From assembly GCA_963793425.1 (NCBI GenBank), contig CAWCAG010000009.1:352001-416000 (forward strand): 64,000 nt of DNA, given 5' to 3'. Numbering within the stretch: the stretch's first letter is position 1; each line of letters begins with the position of its first letter. Position numbers and translations under genes: made by a program. Of the stretch, positions 50,611 to 60,702 are shown in pieces. The stretch is from an uncultured cyanobacterium (GTDB lineage: Bacteria > Cyanobacteriota > Cyanobacteriia > Cyanobacteriales > CAWCAG01). Below the pieces are notes generated by a model that was given only the letters and a program-made list of their open reading frames with translations, did not search any database and was not told the DNA's origin.

Positions 50611-52944
50611 ATGACTGTTGATAAAGTACGCAAAGTTCGTAAATATCGTACCAAAAGACTTGTTGGCGCTAAACGGCGTAGAGTACCAGCTTGGGCAGTA
50701 AAGTGGGGAGTTGCTATGACCCTATTAACAACCGTAGGTATTATGGTTGGGGGGGCTTGGTTAAGTTTGATGCTGATTATTAATCCTGATTCTGTAGTTT
50801 GGCTAAATCGCTACTTACCAGAATGGACACGCATTCCCCTTGACGTTTCTAACCCTCCCCAAACCCTAGCAGAAATTAGGCTAGAAGCTAGGGAAGCAGA
50901 ATTACGCTTAGGAGAGGCTTTTAAGTTAGATTCAGAAGTACTTTTTCCTTTATGGCGTAAGCAAATTAATTGCCAGACTAATTGTGAGAAAATTGTTGAA
51001 TTGAGGGTTTATCAACCTATACAAGGAACGAAGCAAGAAGAACAACAATATCGCTTAGTTAGGGCATTAGATGTACCGAAAGTAGAAGAAATTGTGGCGA
51101 TCGCACCTTTGAGGGAACTAGAAAAAGAAGGTTTTGCCACAACTCGTTCCTTGCCTTTCCACAAGCTTAGTGAGTTACCGGATTCTCCTCCTTCAGGGGT
51201 TTGGCTTAACCTGAGTGGAGAATTTGTCAGGACTGATACGAAGCTCCTTTATGGTTATATTTTTCACTATAACCCCAACTCCATGCACCTTAGCCCCCTG
51301 ATGGAGTGGTCAACTACTACGGGCAAAATTCCCCAATGGCAAGAAGTGACAGGGGGAAGGGAAAGTACCCAGGAATTGCTAATTGATCAAAGCGTTGGTT
51401 TAGAACCAAAGTTTAAAGTCTTTCACCTTAAACCCCGAAACTTTGCCCCCGATCCCATCAGTTTAGAAGAAATTTCTTTGCGGGAACCAGCTATTGATCA
51501 ACCAGCATTGAAAAAAGAATATCAGCAGGTTTTTGCCTTAAGTAGCGATGGTTTATGGTCACCTGCTTTAAAAAGGTTCCAAACTTTAAAAGATAAAGCC
51601 ACCCCAGAAGAATGGAATCCCCAAGCCCAAGAACAATTGGATGTGATTGCTTTACACGCCAAAATCACTAAAGAACAGTGCGAAAAACCTTGGGCTAGTC
51701 CTAGCCAACAAATTTTAGCTTGCTTAATTGATGGCCGTTTAAAAGATTCTTTGGATTTGTTTCAAGTTTCCCTGAATGAAACCACTGCCCCAGAAATTAC
51801 TACTCTCCTCAAAACTGATTCAGGAAGACTCTGGAAGCGGGTACAAGCAGCCTTAGAGGTCAATCCTCAAGATTTTGAAGCGAAGGCTTGGGGGGCGCTA
51901 ATTTTGGCTAGTCAACAGGATAGAAAAAGGGCAATTTCTTGGCTAGAAGAGTTACCCCAAAATCAGCCAGAAACCTTAGCAAAAATTAAAATTATCCTTG
52001 ACCAATTAGATAATGTTGCTATCACTGTTGAGAATACCCCTATGGTTAGCTTAACAGCTAGCAGAATTATTGGTTTGGCTCAAAGGTTAGAAAGTATTAA
52101 CTCCCAAGCATGGCTGCCCTACCCTGATCCAGTACTTCTGCCTTTAGAAGGACAACAAACTTGGTATCAAATTCAAGTTTCTACCTTTAACAATGGTAGC
52201 GGTTGGCAAAAACCACCTTTCCCCAATCTGCAACCACCCCAAGGCAACTCAGGAAAGGAGTTGGCCAAGCAATTGGGTTTGGAGATAGATTCTCGTATTG
52301 AGATTGCTGCTTGGACTCAAGGAGGTCAAAGACAGTCTATCTTAGGAGCAATTAAAGCAGTGCAGTTTCAAGGAGGAGTGCTTAAATTGCTGGCGGTGGG
52401 AGACAATCTTGCTAACCTCAACCCAGGAACCATCAGTCCTAACCGTCGTCCCTTTGCCCATAGCGTCTCTGCTTTAAACTGGTTAGAACCTGGTTCTGTT
52501 AGTCTAGCGGATCTTAATCAAATGCAACCAGATTGGGTCGCTAAGCTGCTCCCTGCTATTTGGCGAGATTTGCAAGCTGGTGGTAAAGTTGCCTCTGGAG
52601 AAGTCCCCAAGGTGGCAGAGTTGCTATCCCAAATTGGTCATTGGTCTATTCGCCCCGTAGATTTGACCGGAAACGACCAACCAGAAGCCATTTTAACCTT
52701 ATACGAAGAAACTTCAGGAAATCTCGATAACTTACCAGGTTCAGGAGACACAGCTAAAAAGCCCCGTACCATGATTGTTTCAGACGCAGGGACGGTTATT
52801 TATAGCGAGTTTACTAAAAATCAAGGTAATTCTTGGCAGGCGATCGCTGATTTAGGAGAAAAAGGAAGTTCAGGGTTACTCGTTGATAGTGGTAAGGATT
52901 ATTTACTCAAACGTTGGTCTGCAAAAACTCAAGGGTTTGAGTAG
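50611..52944 (+). CDS. Hypothetical membrane-anchored protein
   Basis: Basic N-terminus, one TM, large soluble domain with DLTGNDQPE motif. Confidence 0.75.
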   Translation: MTVDKVRKVRKYRTKRLVGAKRRRVPAWAVKWGVAMTLLTTVGIMVGGAWLSLMLIINPDSVVWLNRYLPEWTRIPLDVSNPPQTLAEIRLEAREAELRLGEAFKLDSEVLFPLWRKQINCQTNCEKIVELRVYQPIQGTKQEEQQYRLVRALDVPKVEEIVAIAPLRELEKEGFATTRSLPFHKLSELPDSPPSGVWLNLSGEFVRTDTKLLYGYIFHYNPNSMHLSPLMEWSTTTGKIPQWQEVTGGRESTQELLIDQSVGLEPKFKVFHLKPRNFAPDPISLEEISLREPAIDQPALKKEYQQVFALSSDGLWSPALKRFQTLKDKATPEEWNPQAQEQLDVIALHAKITKEQCEKPWASPSQQILACLIDGRLKDSLDLFQVSLNETTAPEITTLLKTDSGRLWKRVQAALEVNPQDFEAKAWGALILASQQDRKRAISWLEELPQNQPETLAKIKIILDQLDNVAITVENTPMVSLTASRIIGLAQRLESINSQAWLPYPDPVLLPLEGQQTWYQIQVSTFNNGSGWQKPPFPNLQPPQGNSGKELAKQLGLEIDSRIEIAAWTQGGQRQSILGAIKAVQFQGGVLKLLAVGDNLANLNPGTISPNRRPFAHSVSALNWLEPGSVSLADLNQMQPDWVAKLLPAIWRDLQAGGKVASGEVPKVAELLSQIGHWSIRPVDLTGNDQPEAILTLYEETSGNLDNLPGSGDTAKKPRTMIVSDAGTVIYSEFTKNQGNSWQAIADLGEKGSSGLLVDSGKDYLLKRWSAKTQGFE

Positions 52945-52982
52945 AATTGAGACCCCGGAAAATATAATTAAGGAAAATAAGA

Positions 52983-53225
52983 TTGGCAACTAAACCACAA
53001 AATAAAAAAGTTATTGATTCTGATACAAAGTTCGCTTTATTAGTTTTTGGTATTCCCATTGCTGGTCTGATTTACTGTGGCTTAGGTATCACAGCGATGG
53101 TTTCTTTTCCTTTCCTGAGACAACACGCTCTAATTTCCGGCGGATTCTTTCTTTTTACTCCCTTTAGTATTGCTGCTTCAATTTGGATTAGGGCTTCGGC
53201 GAAAGCTTATAGAAAGACGGGGTGA
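52983..53225 (+). CDS. Small membrane protein
   Basis: 80 aa, two TM helices; start codon uncertain. Confidence 0.55.
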   Translation: MATKPQNKKVIDSDTKFALLVFGIPIAGLIYCGLGITAMVSFPFLRQHALISGGFFLFTPFSIAASIWIRASAKAYRKTG

Positions 53226-53245
53226 CATCTAAAGATATTAATGTC

Positions 53246-53355
53246 CTAGTAGTCTGTCAATTGCCAATTGACGGGTAAGGGGGAAGGGGGAAAGGGTAAG
53301 GGTAGTACACTTGATAGTTCGGCTATACCCAAATTCAATCTGGACAAACCACTAG
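53246..53355. mobile_element. MITE-like element, family B
   Basis: Imperfect 15-bp terminal inverted repeats CTAGTAGTCTGTCAA / TGGACAAACCACTAG, CTAG at both ends, G-rich heptamer interior. Confidence 0.6.
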
Positions 53356-53438
53356 TCGTTAGGATTGAAACTCTGGAAAATGGGGAAATCATTTAAAATG
53401 ATGGCATTTCCACAGTTAGTAAAAAGTTGAGGCTCAAT

Positions 53439-53827
53439 ATGGACCCTATCACTACAGCAATTGTCGCTGCCCTAGCTGCTTTGAGTAAAGATGCGATTAA
53501 AGACGGTTACAATGCTCTTAAATCTACTTTGAAGAAAAAGTTTGGCTCAGAAAGTGATCTAGTTGATGCTGTTGAAAAATGGAAAAGAAGCCGGATTCCG
53601 AGGGTCGTAAGGCGATGGTACAGGAAGAAGTTGAAACAGCTAAGGCTAATGATGATACTGAAATTGTACGATTAGCTCAGGAATTGCTAGAGCAAATTAA
53701 AGAACAACCAGGCGGGCAACAAATCATCACCCAAAATATCAGTAACGTTAAATATGCTGCTACCTCTGGTTCCGGTAGTGCTAACATTAGCAACATTACT
53801 GAGCAGAGTAAATCTGAGGACGACTGA
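53439..53827 (+). pseudogene. Bell-like helical domain protein with C-terminal amyloid-like motif, frameshifted
   Basis: MDPITTAIVAALA..KDGYNALK..LKKKF; 1-nt loss near 53580 (AAA T GG AAA AG; restoring gives EKLEKKPDS); tail ITQNISNVKYAATSGSGSANISNITE. Confidence 0.7.
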
Positions 53828-53855
53828 GATTAGTTTAATTGCCAAAGTAGCTGAT

Positions 53856-54860
53856 ATGTCTGAGCAAGAGGAGATTAAGCAAAGGGTCACAGAGGCTGAG
53901 TATGCTGCCACCTCAGCTACTGGTGATGCCAATATCACCATTACTAATCGGTGGTAATTATCAGTAGATTATTTTTGACGGCTAAGGAACGACAGAAACA
54001 AGCTGAGCTGAGTGAAGCTGACTCTCTGGCTCGCTATTCACTGTCTTTGCTGAATGAAGAGAAGAATTTGGATACTTTCGTTGAAGTAATCAGGGCAGGA
54101 AAAATCCTGCAAAAATAGAAGAAGCAAGATCCGGAGGTGGTGAGCGCTCTAGCAGCACATATCTACCAACTTAGGGAACTCAACCGTTTAGAAGGACATA
54201 ATGACTTAGTTTAGTCTTGATAGCAAGCTACTCGTTTTCGGAAGTGGTGAAACCAAACGACTATGGATATAGGCCAGCGTAAGTTTCAGCCCAGATGGTG
54301 AAACCTTGGACACGCTACTGGTAGTGTGAGATGATACTATCAAACTCTGGAATGTCGAGACAGGAGAAGAAATTCGCACTCTCAAAGGACATACTAGCTG
54401 GGTCTGGAGCATAAGTTTCAGTCCAGATGGTCAGATATTGGCTACTGGTAGTCATGACAAGACTATCAAACTCTGGAATGTTGAGACGGGAGAGGAAATT
54501 CGCACTCTTGAAGGACATGATGCTTGGGTTTACAGTGTAAGTTTTAGTCCAGAGAGTGAAGCCTTGGCTACGGGTAGTAAAGACAATACCATCAAACTCT
54601 GGAATGTTGAGACGGGGGAAGAAATTCGTACTCTTAAAGGCCATGATGACTCAGTCTGGAGCATAAGTTTCAGCCAAGATGGTCAGACTTTGGCTACAGG
54701 AAGTCTTGACAATACCATCAAACTATGGGGAGGGAAAATAGGCTGGAGCTTGGATGAGATAATGGAGCGAAGTTGTGATCGCATCCGCAATTACTTAAAG
54801 TACAATCCCAACGTCAAAGAAGAAGATAAACGCTTGTGTGATGGTATTGGTAAAATTTGA
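53856..54860 (+). pseudogene. NLR/STAND-like WD40 protein remnant (N-terminal motif retained, NTPase absent)
   Basis: MSEQEEIKQRVTEAEYAATSATGDANITITN; then linker ...IRAGKILQK*(54116-54118)...RELNRLEGH; WD40 repeats; C-terminal CDRIRNYLKYNP...LC. Confidence 0.75.
54330..54730 (+). repeat. 126-bp WD40-encoding tandem repeats
   Basis: CAAACT(C/A)TGG anchor recurs at 54341, 54467, 54593, 54719. Confidence 0.9.
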
Positions 54861-54895
54861 AAAAATACCTTAACTCTCGATTAACGAAGAGGTAA

Positions 54896-55315
54896 ATGAT
54901 GAATGCAAAACTTATGGTTCAGCCGTCATTTTTTATTAATGCTGGCATTCAAATGAAATTAGTCAGAGGGCTTTATCTTTTTAAGTTCAGTGATGGCTTA
55001 CAAGAGCGATTGGAAACTCTCAACGAGAAGAAAAGAGAACTAAGTTTGATACCCAGTGAAGAAGTAGAACTTACTGGAATTCTTGAGTTTAGATCGAATT
55101 TGCAGCCTTGTCAAGCCAAAATGTATTTATGAGTAGAGATAAGAATGACTACTGGGGCAAAGATTCAGTGGAGGTGGAGAATGACAAATATCGCTTGAGT
55201 AATTCACTAATAGAAGACAGGCACAGAAGTTTATACCCAGTGAAAAAGTAGAAGCTGCTGGATCAGATTGAATTTTCACCTTACTCAATGCCAAAATTAT
55301 TGCTGAGTCAAGATA
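54896..55315 (+). pseudogene. Small antitoxin-like gene upstream of HNH, frameshifted with partial tandem duplication
   Basis: LFKFSDGLQERLETLNEKK..EEVELTGILE; ATACCCAGTGAA...GATAAGAATG segment occurs twice (about 55040-55150 and 55225-55325). Confidence 0.5.
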
Positions 55316-55318
55316 AGA

Positions 55319-55448
55319 ATGGCTATTGGGAGAAAGATTCGACAGCAGGTTCGAGAAAGGGCTGAATATCTCTGTGAGTATTGTCACTCATCAGAAGAGG
55401 CCAGTGCTGCAAAATTTGAGATTGATCATATTCAACCACGTTCTAAAG
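55319..55448 (+). pseudogene. HNH endonuclease 5' fragment
   Basis: MAIGRKIRQQVRERAEYLCEYCHS...FEIDHIQPRSK; cut off where the PPTase gene 3' end begins. Confidence 0.75.
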
Positions 55449-56150
55449 CTCCACTGCTTGCCAATAACTTACCCTCATAACTTCTCCTCCGGCAGCCACT
55501 GCACCAAAATAATTTTCTCCCAACTGAATATCTTCTAGAAACCAACCAGGAATATTAATTAAGTTTGCTGGCTCTTCTGGTAGCAAAGAAACTTCTACTC
55601 GTTCTAAGCCTCCTCCTAAGCCTTCTCCTGTAGCTTTTAAATAAGCTTCTTTGCGAGTCCAAGCGCGAAAAAAAGCTTGTTTTTTTTCTCTGGGCGGTAA
55701 GCGATTTATAACATCCTGTTCCCTTGGGGAAAAGAAGCGTTGGGCAATTTGCTCTACAGGTTTAGTTTGATTAAATCCTTCTACATCAACTCCTACTGGA
55801 AAGTTCTTGGTTACCGCATAAAGAGCTAAATTTTGAGAATGAGAGAGATTAAAATGTATTTGCTCTCCTTTTAAATAAGGCTTACCACGCTTTCGATAGC
55901 TAAACTGTAACTGGCTAGGTTCAACTTCTAAATAAGCACCAAGGATTTTTCTTAACATTCCTCGACAAGCAATGAAGCAAAGACGATCTTTTTGAAAATA
56001 GAAACGTTCTGCCCGATGTTGTTCTTCTGGGCAAAGCAATTGAGCTAGTTCTTGTATTTTAAACGAAGGCTGAGTTAATGAGAAGCGCCAAATATCAAGA
56101 GTGCCGTCAGATAAGACTAGTTTCTCAGGAACAGGTTGCCAGTCAAGCAT
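55443..56150 (-). CDS. Sfp/HetI-type 4'-phosphopantetheinyl transferase
   Basis: GKPYL, FNLSHS, VGVDVE, WTRKEAYLKATGEG. Confidence 0.93.
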   Translation of the reverse strand: MLDWQPVPEKLVLSDGTLDIWRFSLTQPSFKIQELAQLLCPEEQHRAERFYFQKDRLCFIACRGMLRKILGAYLEVEPSQLQFSYRKRGKPYLKGEQIHFNLSHSQNLALYAVTKNFPVGVDVEGFNQTKPVEQIAQRFFSPREQDVINRLPPREKKQAFFRAWTRKEAYLKATGEGLGGGLERVEVSLLPEEPANLINIPGWFLEDIQLGENYFGAVAAGGEVMRVSYWQAVEL

Positions 56151-56509
56151 TTCGTCTCACTACAATTGGTAGTTAGCTATTAGCCACTAGCAACTAGCCA
56201 CTAGCCATTAGCCCACTAAATCAAAAAATATCTTGTCTCTACGGTTCTACATTAGTTAACTTAGGGGAGATTAGGGAAAAATAAATTAGAACTTGTTAAA
56301 AGTTAAGGGAGTTTGTTTTTTTGATGAAGATTAAATAAAGTGCAGCCAAGCAACAAAAGCCTGTGACACAATTATGGAGGAATATGTAGAGGTAGGTTCT
56401 AGTAAATCTATATTGTTATCTAAAATAATATAAATCACCCCTCCCCTACTTAAGGATACGAAGCCTCCTATAGCCAATCCACCGAAATTGACCTTTAATT
56501 CTTGGAGTC

Positions 56510-58354
56510 ATGAAGATGACGCAAAGCCCTACAAATTCAACAGTTAGGGAAGACCAACCGGCTACACTAGTAGAATTGTTACGTACTAGAGCAGCTCAAC
56601 AAAGCGACCAGCTTGCTTATACATTTTTGATAGATGGTAAAAGAGAGGGGGCTTGCGTAACCTATTCCCAACTCGATGCCCAAGCTAGGGCGATCGCCGC
56701 TTATTTGCAAAAGAATCAAGTTAAAGGAGAACGGGCCCTTCTTCTTTATCCCCAAGGTGTTGAGGTGATAGCAGCCTTCTGCGCCTGTCTCTATGCTGGG
56801 GTGATTGCTATCCCTGTCCCTCCCCCAGAATCTGGGCGGATGAAGCGGACTTTACCGAGATTGAGGTCAATTGTCAAAGATGCCCGCGCTTCTCTTGTTT
56901 TGACTACGGGCAGAATTTTGGAAACCATTGTTGATGTCCAGGAGGAGTTTCCTGAATTTGAGACAATGGAATGGATCGATACAGAAAAAATTGATCACCA
57001 ACTAGGGGAAAAATGGCAAGATCCTCAAATAGATCAAGAGGCGATCGCCTATCTTCAATATACTTCCGGTTCTACTTCCACTCCTAAAGGGGTAATGCTC
57101 ACCCACGGTAATTTGGTATTCCACTGCGGCAACCTACAAAAAGCCTGCGGTTATAACGATAGTAGCGTTACTGTGACTTGGATGCCCTATTTCCATGATT
57201 ATGGTTTAGTTGAAGGGTTGATGGTTCCTTTATTTAATGGAACTCCTTGTTACATCATGTCCCCCTTCGCCTTTGTTAAGCGTCCTTTACGGTGGTTACA
57301 AAGTATTAGTAAGTATCAAGCTACCCATAGCCAAGCCCCTAACTTCGCCTATGACCTTTCGGTACGCAAAATCAAACCCAAGCAATTAGAAACTTTGGAT
57401 TTGAGTTGTTGGGAAGCGGCTGGAAATGCGGCGGAACCCATTAACCCCAAGGTGATGGAGAAGTTTTATGAAACCTTCGCCTCAACTGGTTTTCGTTGGA
57501 ATGCCTTTGCCCCAGCCTATGGTTTAGCTGAAGCAACTTTGTTAGTTTCTACTAAGCCCAAATTAACTGAACCAGTAATTGGTTACTTTGATTCTCAAGC
57601 TTTGGAACGGGATAAAATTGTGACCGTTAGTCAGGATGGAGAAGGGGTAAGAACTATTGCTAGTTGTGGCCAGTTAGTGTGCGAAACTCAAGTAGCTATT
57701 GTTAATCCTGATAGCAAAAAGCGTTGCGACCCTGATGAGGTGGGAGAAATATGGGTTTCTGACAAGAGTGTTACCCAAGGTTATTGGGAACGCCCTGAAG
57801 CCACAGCAGAGAATTTTAATGCCTACATTGCTGATAGCCAAGAAGGGCCGTTTTTGAGGACGGGGGATTTAGGTTTTTTGCAAGAAGGGGAACTTTATAT
57901 TAACGGTCGGATTAAAGATTTGATTATTATCCACGGCACAAATCATTATCCCCAGGATATTGAGTGGACGGTACAACAACTACATCCCGAACTTCGCCCT
58001 GATTATGGTGTAGCTTTTTCCATTTTAGTGAGGGGAGAAGAAAAGTTAGTGGTTGTTCAAGAAATAGAACGTCGTGCCAAGGATATCGACCCTGAAGCCA
58101 TGTTACCGGAAATTAAGCAAGCGATCGCCGAGGAACATGAATTGCAAGTTCATGCTTTGGTGTTAGCAAAACCAGGCAACATTCTTAAAACCTCTAGCGG
58201 CAAGATTCAACGCCGCGCCTGCAAAGCGAGTTTCTTAGCCGGGGAACTGGGGGTGGTTGCTGATTGGAGTGAAAATCCGCAAATTACCGCAAAATTTCGT
58301 GACTTGGAAGGAGAAGTAGAATCTTTAGCAGCTAGTATAAAAACCAACAAATAA
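56510..58354 (+). CDS. Fatty acyl-AMP ligase (FAAL)
   Basis: YLQYTSGST, HDYGLV, PNFAY, AEPI, YGLAEATL, LRTGDLG, KTSSGKIQRRAC. Confidence 0.92.
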   Translation: MKMTQSPTNSTVREDQPATLVELLRTRAAQQSDQLAYTFLIDGKREGACVTYSQLDAQARAIAAYLQKNQVKGERALLLYPQGVEVIAAFCACLYAGVIAIPVPPPESGRMKRTLPRLRSIVKDARASLVLTTGRILETIVDVQEEFPEFETMEWIDTEKIDHQLGEKWQDPQIDQEAIAYLQYTSGSTSTPKGVMLTHGNLVFHCGNLQKACGYNDSSVTVTWMPYFHDYGLVEGLMVPLFNGTPCYIMSPFAFVKRPLRWLQSISKYQATHSQAPNFAYDLSVRKIKPKQLETLDLSCWEAAGNAAEPINPKVMEKFYETFASTGFRWNAFAPAYGLAEATLLVSTKPKLTEPVIGYFDSQALERDKIVTVSQDGEGVRTIASCGQLVCETQVAIVNPDSKKRCDPDEVGEIWVSDKSVTQGYWERPEATAENFNAYIADSQEGPFLRTGDLGFLQEGELYINGRIKDLIIIHGTNHYPQDIEWTVQQLHPELRPDYGVAFSILVRGEEKLVVVQEIERRAKDIDPEAMLPEIKQAIAEEHELQVHALVLAKPGNILKTSSGKIQRRACKASFLAGELGVVADWSENPQITAKFRDLEGEVESLAASIKTNK

Positions 58355-58390
58355 TACCAAGACAAAATTAACAAAAAAATGTCTCAAACC

Positions 58391-58420
58391 CTACTCCCTA
58401 CTCCCTACTCCCTACTCCCT
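58391..58420. repeat. Heptamer tandem repeat (CTCCCTA)n
   Basis: CTACTCCCTACTCCCTACTCCCTACTCCCT. Confidence 0.85.
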
Positions 58421-58462
58421 GCCCTAACCAATCAACTCTGCAAACAAACACAAACTTAAAAT

Positions 58463-60271
58463 ATGCATCCCTTAAAACGATATTGGGTCGCAGAAACCTT
58501 AGAAAAAGACTTAGGCGCACCCACAAACCCCAACAGTAAAGTCTCTTGGCAACGTACCGCCGAGTTAGATGAAAAAGAAGAGTTCCCCCAGGCAGAAGTT
58601 GACTGGCTTTACAACTGGAAACTGCAACATTACTACATTCCCAGTGAATACGGTGGCGAATTTACTAACTTTGAAGAATTTGTTGCTTTTGTGAGAGTGC
58701 TTTCTCGCCGGGATCAAAATGTAGCGATCGCCTTTACTACTATGTTTTGGTCTTATTTATGTTGGATGGCAGGAACCCCAGAACAGAAAAAGAAATTGGC
58801 TAGTCTCATGAAAGATGAGAACGAAACCATGTGTCTGGCTTATTCGGAAAAAGAACATGGTAGCGACTTGGTAGGGGGAGAAACCACAGCCACAAAAGTT
58901 CCTGGAGGTTACTTACTTAACGGGGAAAAATGGCCTATTAACCGCGCCACCCGTTCCGGTACAACTTTTGTGATTGCCCAAACCGACCCAGAAGGGGGAA
59001 GCAGAAGCCTTTCTTTATTTATGGTGGATAAGCGGGAATTAGACAAGTCTCAATATTACAACCTGCCCAAAATCCCTTGTCATGGCATCAAGGCTGCGGA
59101 TATGAGTGGTATTGGTTTCACAGATTGTTTTATCCCGGAAAGTACCCTGTTAGGGGAAGAAGGGCAGGGTTTAGAATTGGGGCTGAAAGGTTTCCAAATT
59201 ACTCGTACCCTCTGTGCTGCTTTTTCTCAAGGGGCGGCTGATACCACAGTTCGTACTACCTTGAAACTTGCTTTAAATAGAATTGTTTACGGCAAAACGG
59301 TTTTTGACTTACCTTTGCCTCGCCGCATTTTAGTAAACGCTTTCTTAGATATATTAATCTGCGATTGCGAAGTAATTGCCTCAGCTAGGGGATTTAGCGT
59401 CGTCCCTCAACAATTTAGTGTTTGGGCTTCGGTGGTTAAATATTTCGTTCCCATCACCTTGGAAAATATGATCAACGGCCTCTCTTCGGTATTAGGGGCG
59501 CGTTTCTATTTCCGGGATGAACATGACTCTGGGGTTTTCCAAAAAATGCTCCGGGATAACTCTATTATTAGCATCTTTGATGGTAGTGGACTGGTTAACC
59601 TCCACGCCTTGATTTTGCAATTCCGTCAAGTTGCGAAACAGCGCAGTCGGCTTAATGAGAAGAAGAAAAAGGCCTTAGCATCCCGTCTGGAAACAATCTT
59701 TACCCTCAACCAAGAAGTTCCCCCCTTTGACGGTAGCAAGCTAGAAATTTTTGGCCGTGGTGCAGATGACCCCATGCAAGGTTTAGAATTATCCCTGGCT
59801 AAGTTAGAGAAGTGGCAAAATAATCCTGATGTTGACCAACAGGTACTTAAATATCTTTTGCAATTAACTAGCAAAGTAGGAGCAGAAGTTAATGATATGC
59901 ACGAAACTTTTGCTAACTCAAGCTTTGAGTTTGGTCATGACCAAACTCCAGAGTCTTTTGAATTAGCGAAAAAGTACTGTGCTTTGCACGCTGCTAGTTG
60001 CTGCATCCATATGTGGGTTTATAACCGCACCAACTTAGAAGTATTCTTTGCCCAAGGAGAATGGTTGGTTTTGGCTTTAAATAAGCTACTCAAGCCCTAT
60101 CATCCTAACGAAGAGTTGATTTTACCAGATTATGCGGAAAACCTTGCCCAAGAACTGGTTAAGCTTTATAACCAAGACAAGCTCTTTTCCATTGTTCCTT
60201 TCCAATTAGCACAAACCCAATCCCAGGAGAATAAAAAAGATGCAAGTTCAGAATTACAACTCCAAGCCTAG
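58463..60271 (+). CDS. Acyl-CoA/acyl-ACP dehydrogenase
   Basis: YSEKEHGSDL, LNGEKWPIN, SIFDGS near the catalytic position. Confidence 0.88.
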   Translation: MHPLKRYWVAETLEKDLGAPTNPNSKVSWQRTAELDEKEEFPQAEVDWLYNWKLQHYYIPSEYGGEFTNFEEFVAFVRVLSRRDQNVAIAFTTMFWSYLCWMAGTPEQKKKLASLMKDENETMCLAYSEKEHGSDLVGGETTATKVPGGYLLNGEKWPINRATRSGTTFVIAQTDPEGGSRSLSLFMVDKRELDKSQYYNLPKIPCHGIKAADMSGIGFTDCFIPESTLLGEEGQGLELGLKGFQITRTLCAAFSQGAADTTVRTTLKLALNRIVYGKTVFDLPLPRRILVNAFLDILICDCEVIASARGFSVVPQQFSVWASVVKYFVPITLENMINGLSSVLGARFYFRDEHDSGVFQKMLRDNSIISIFDGSGLVNLHALILQFRQVAKQRSRLNEKKKKALASRLETIFTLNQEVPPFDGSKLEIFGRGADDPMQGLELSLAKLEKWQNNPDVDQQVLKYLLQLTSKVGAEVNDMHETFANSSFEFGHDQTPESFELAKKYCALHAASCCIHMWVYNRTNLEVFFAQGEWLVLALNKLLKPYHPNEELILPDYAENLAQELVKLYNQDKLFSIVPFQLAQTQSQENKKDASSELQLQA

Positions 60272-60551
60272 CGAACAAGCTACTGAGGAAAATTCCCCTA
60301 CCCAGGCTATTCAAAGCTGGTTAGTGGCGCAATTAGCTGAGGAATTATCCTTAGATCCCAAATCGATTGAAGTTAGCGAACCTTTAACCCGTTATGGCTT
60401 AGATTCTATTGATGCTGTAACTTTGGTGGGTGATTTAGAAGATTGGTTAGATTTAGAGTTACCCTCAACCCTATTTTGGGATCACCCTACCATTGAAAAA
60501 TCTGCCCAATTTCTCGTTTCTGAGTTTGATGTGGCAGAAGCGTTGGAATAG
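60240..60551 (+). CDS. Acyl carrier protein
   Basis: YGLDSIDAV phosphopantetheine site, LEDWL, WDHPTI. Confidence 0.92.
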   Translation: MQVQNYNSKPSEQATEENSPTQAIQSWLVAQLAEELSLDPKSIEVSEPLTRYGLDSIDAVTLVGDLEDWLDLELPSTLFWDHPTIEKSAQFLVSEFDVAEALE

Positions 60552-60569
60552 GTAATGGGTAATGGGGAA

Positions 60570-60645
60570 TTAAGTAATAAGTAATAAGTAATAAGTAATA
60601 AGTTTAAGAAGTTACTGTTCCCTGTTCCCTGTTCCCTGTTCCCTG
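60570..60645. repeat. Heptamer tandem repeats (TAATAAG)n and (CTGTTCC)n
   Basis: Visible directly; complementary (TTATTAC)n at about 62845-62873. Confidence 0.85.
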
Positions 60646-60702
60646 TAGCCTCTAACCACTAGCAATTAGCAACTAGCCATTAGCAATTAGCATCAAAATA
60701 AA

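Noticed and set aside
53575..53590. Programmed ribosomal frameshift in the Bell-like gene
   Set aside because: A single T loss explains it, no stimulatory structure is evident, and the partner gene is also degraded; a sequencing error remains possible.
53754..53855. N-terminal extension of ORF 53754-53957
   Set aside because: Overlaps the Bell-like gene in another frame; ATG 53856 is the more plausible start.
54190..54740. 126-bp repeats as a DGR target or non-coding array
   Set aside because: Fully explained as WD40 coding repeats; differences do not look adenine-specific.
55443..60551. NRPS/PKS lipopeptide cluster
   Set aside because: No KS, condensation or thioesterase domains in the window; the downstream genes are MBOAT/SGNH.
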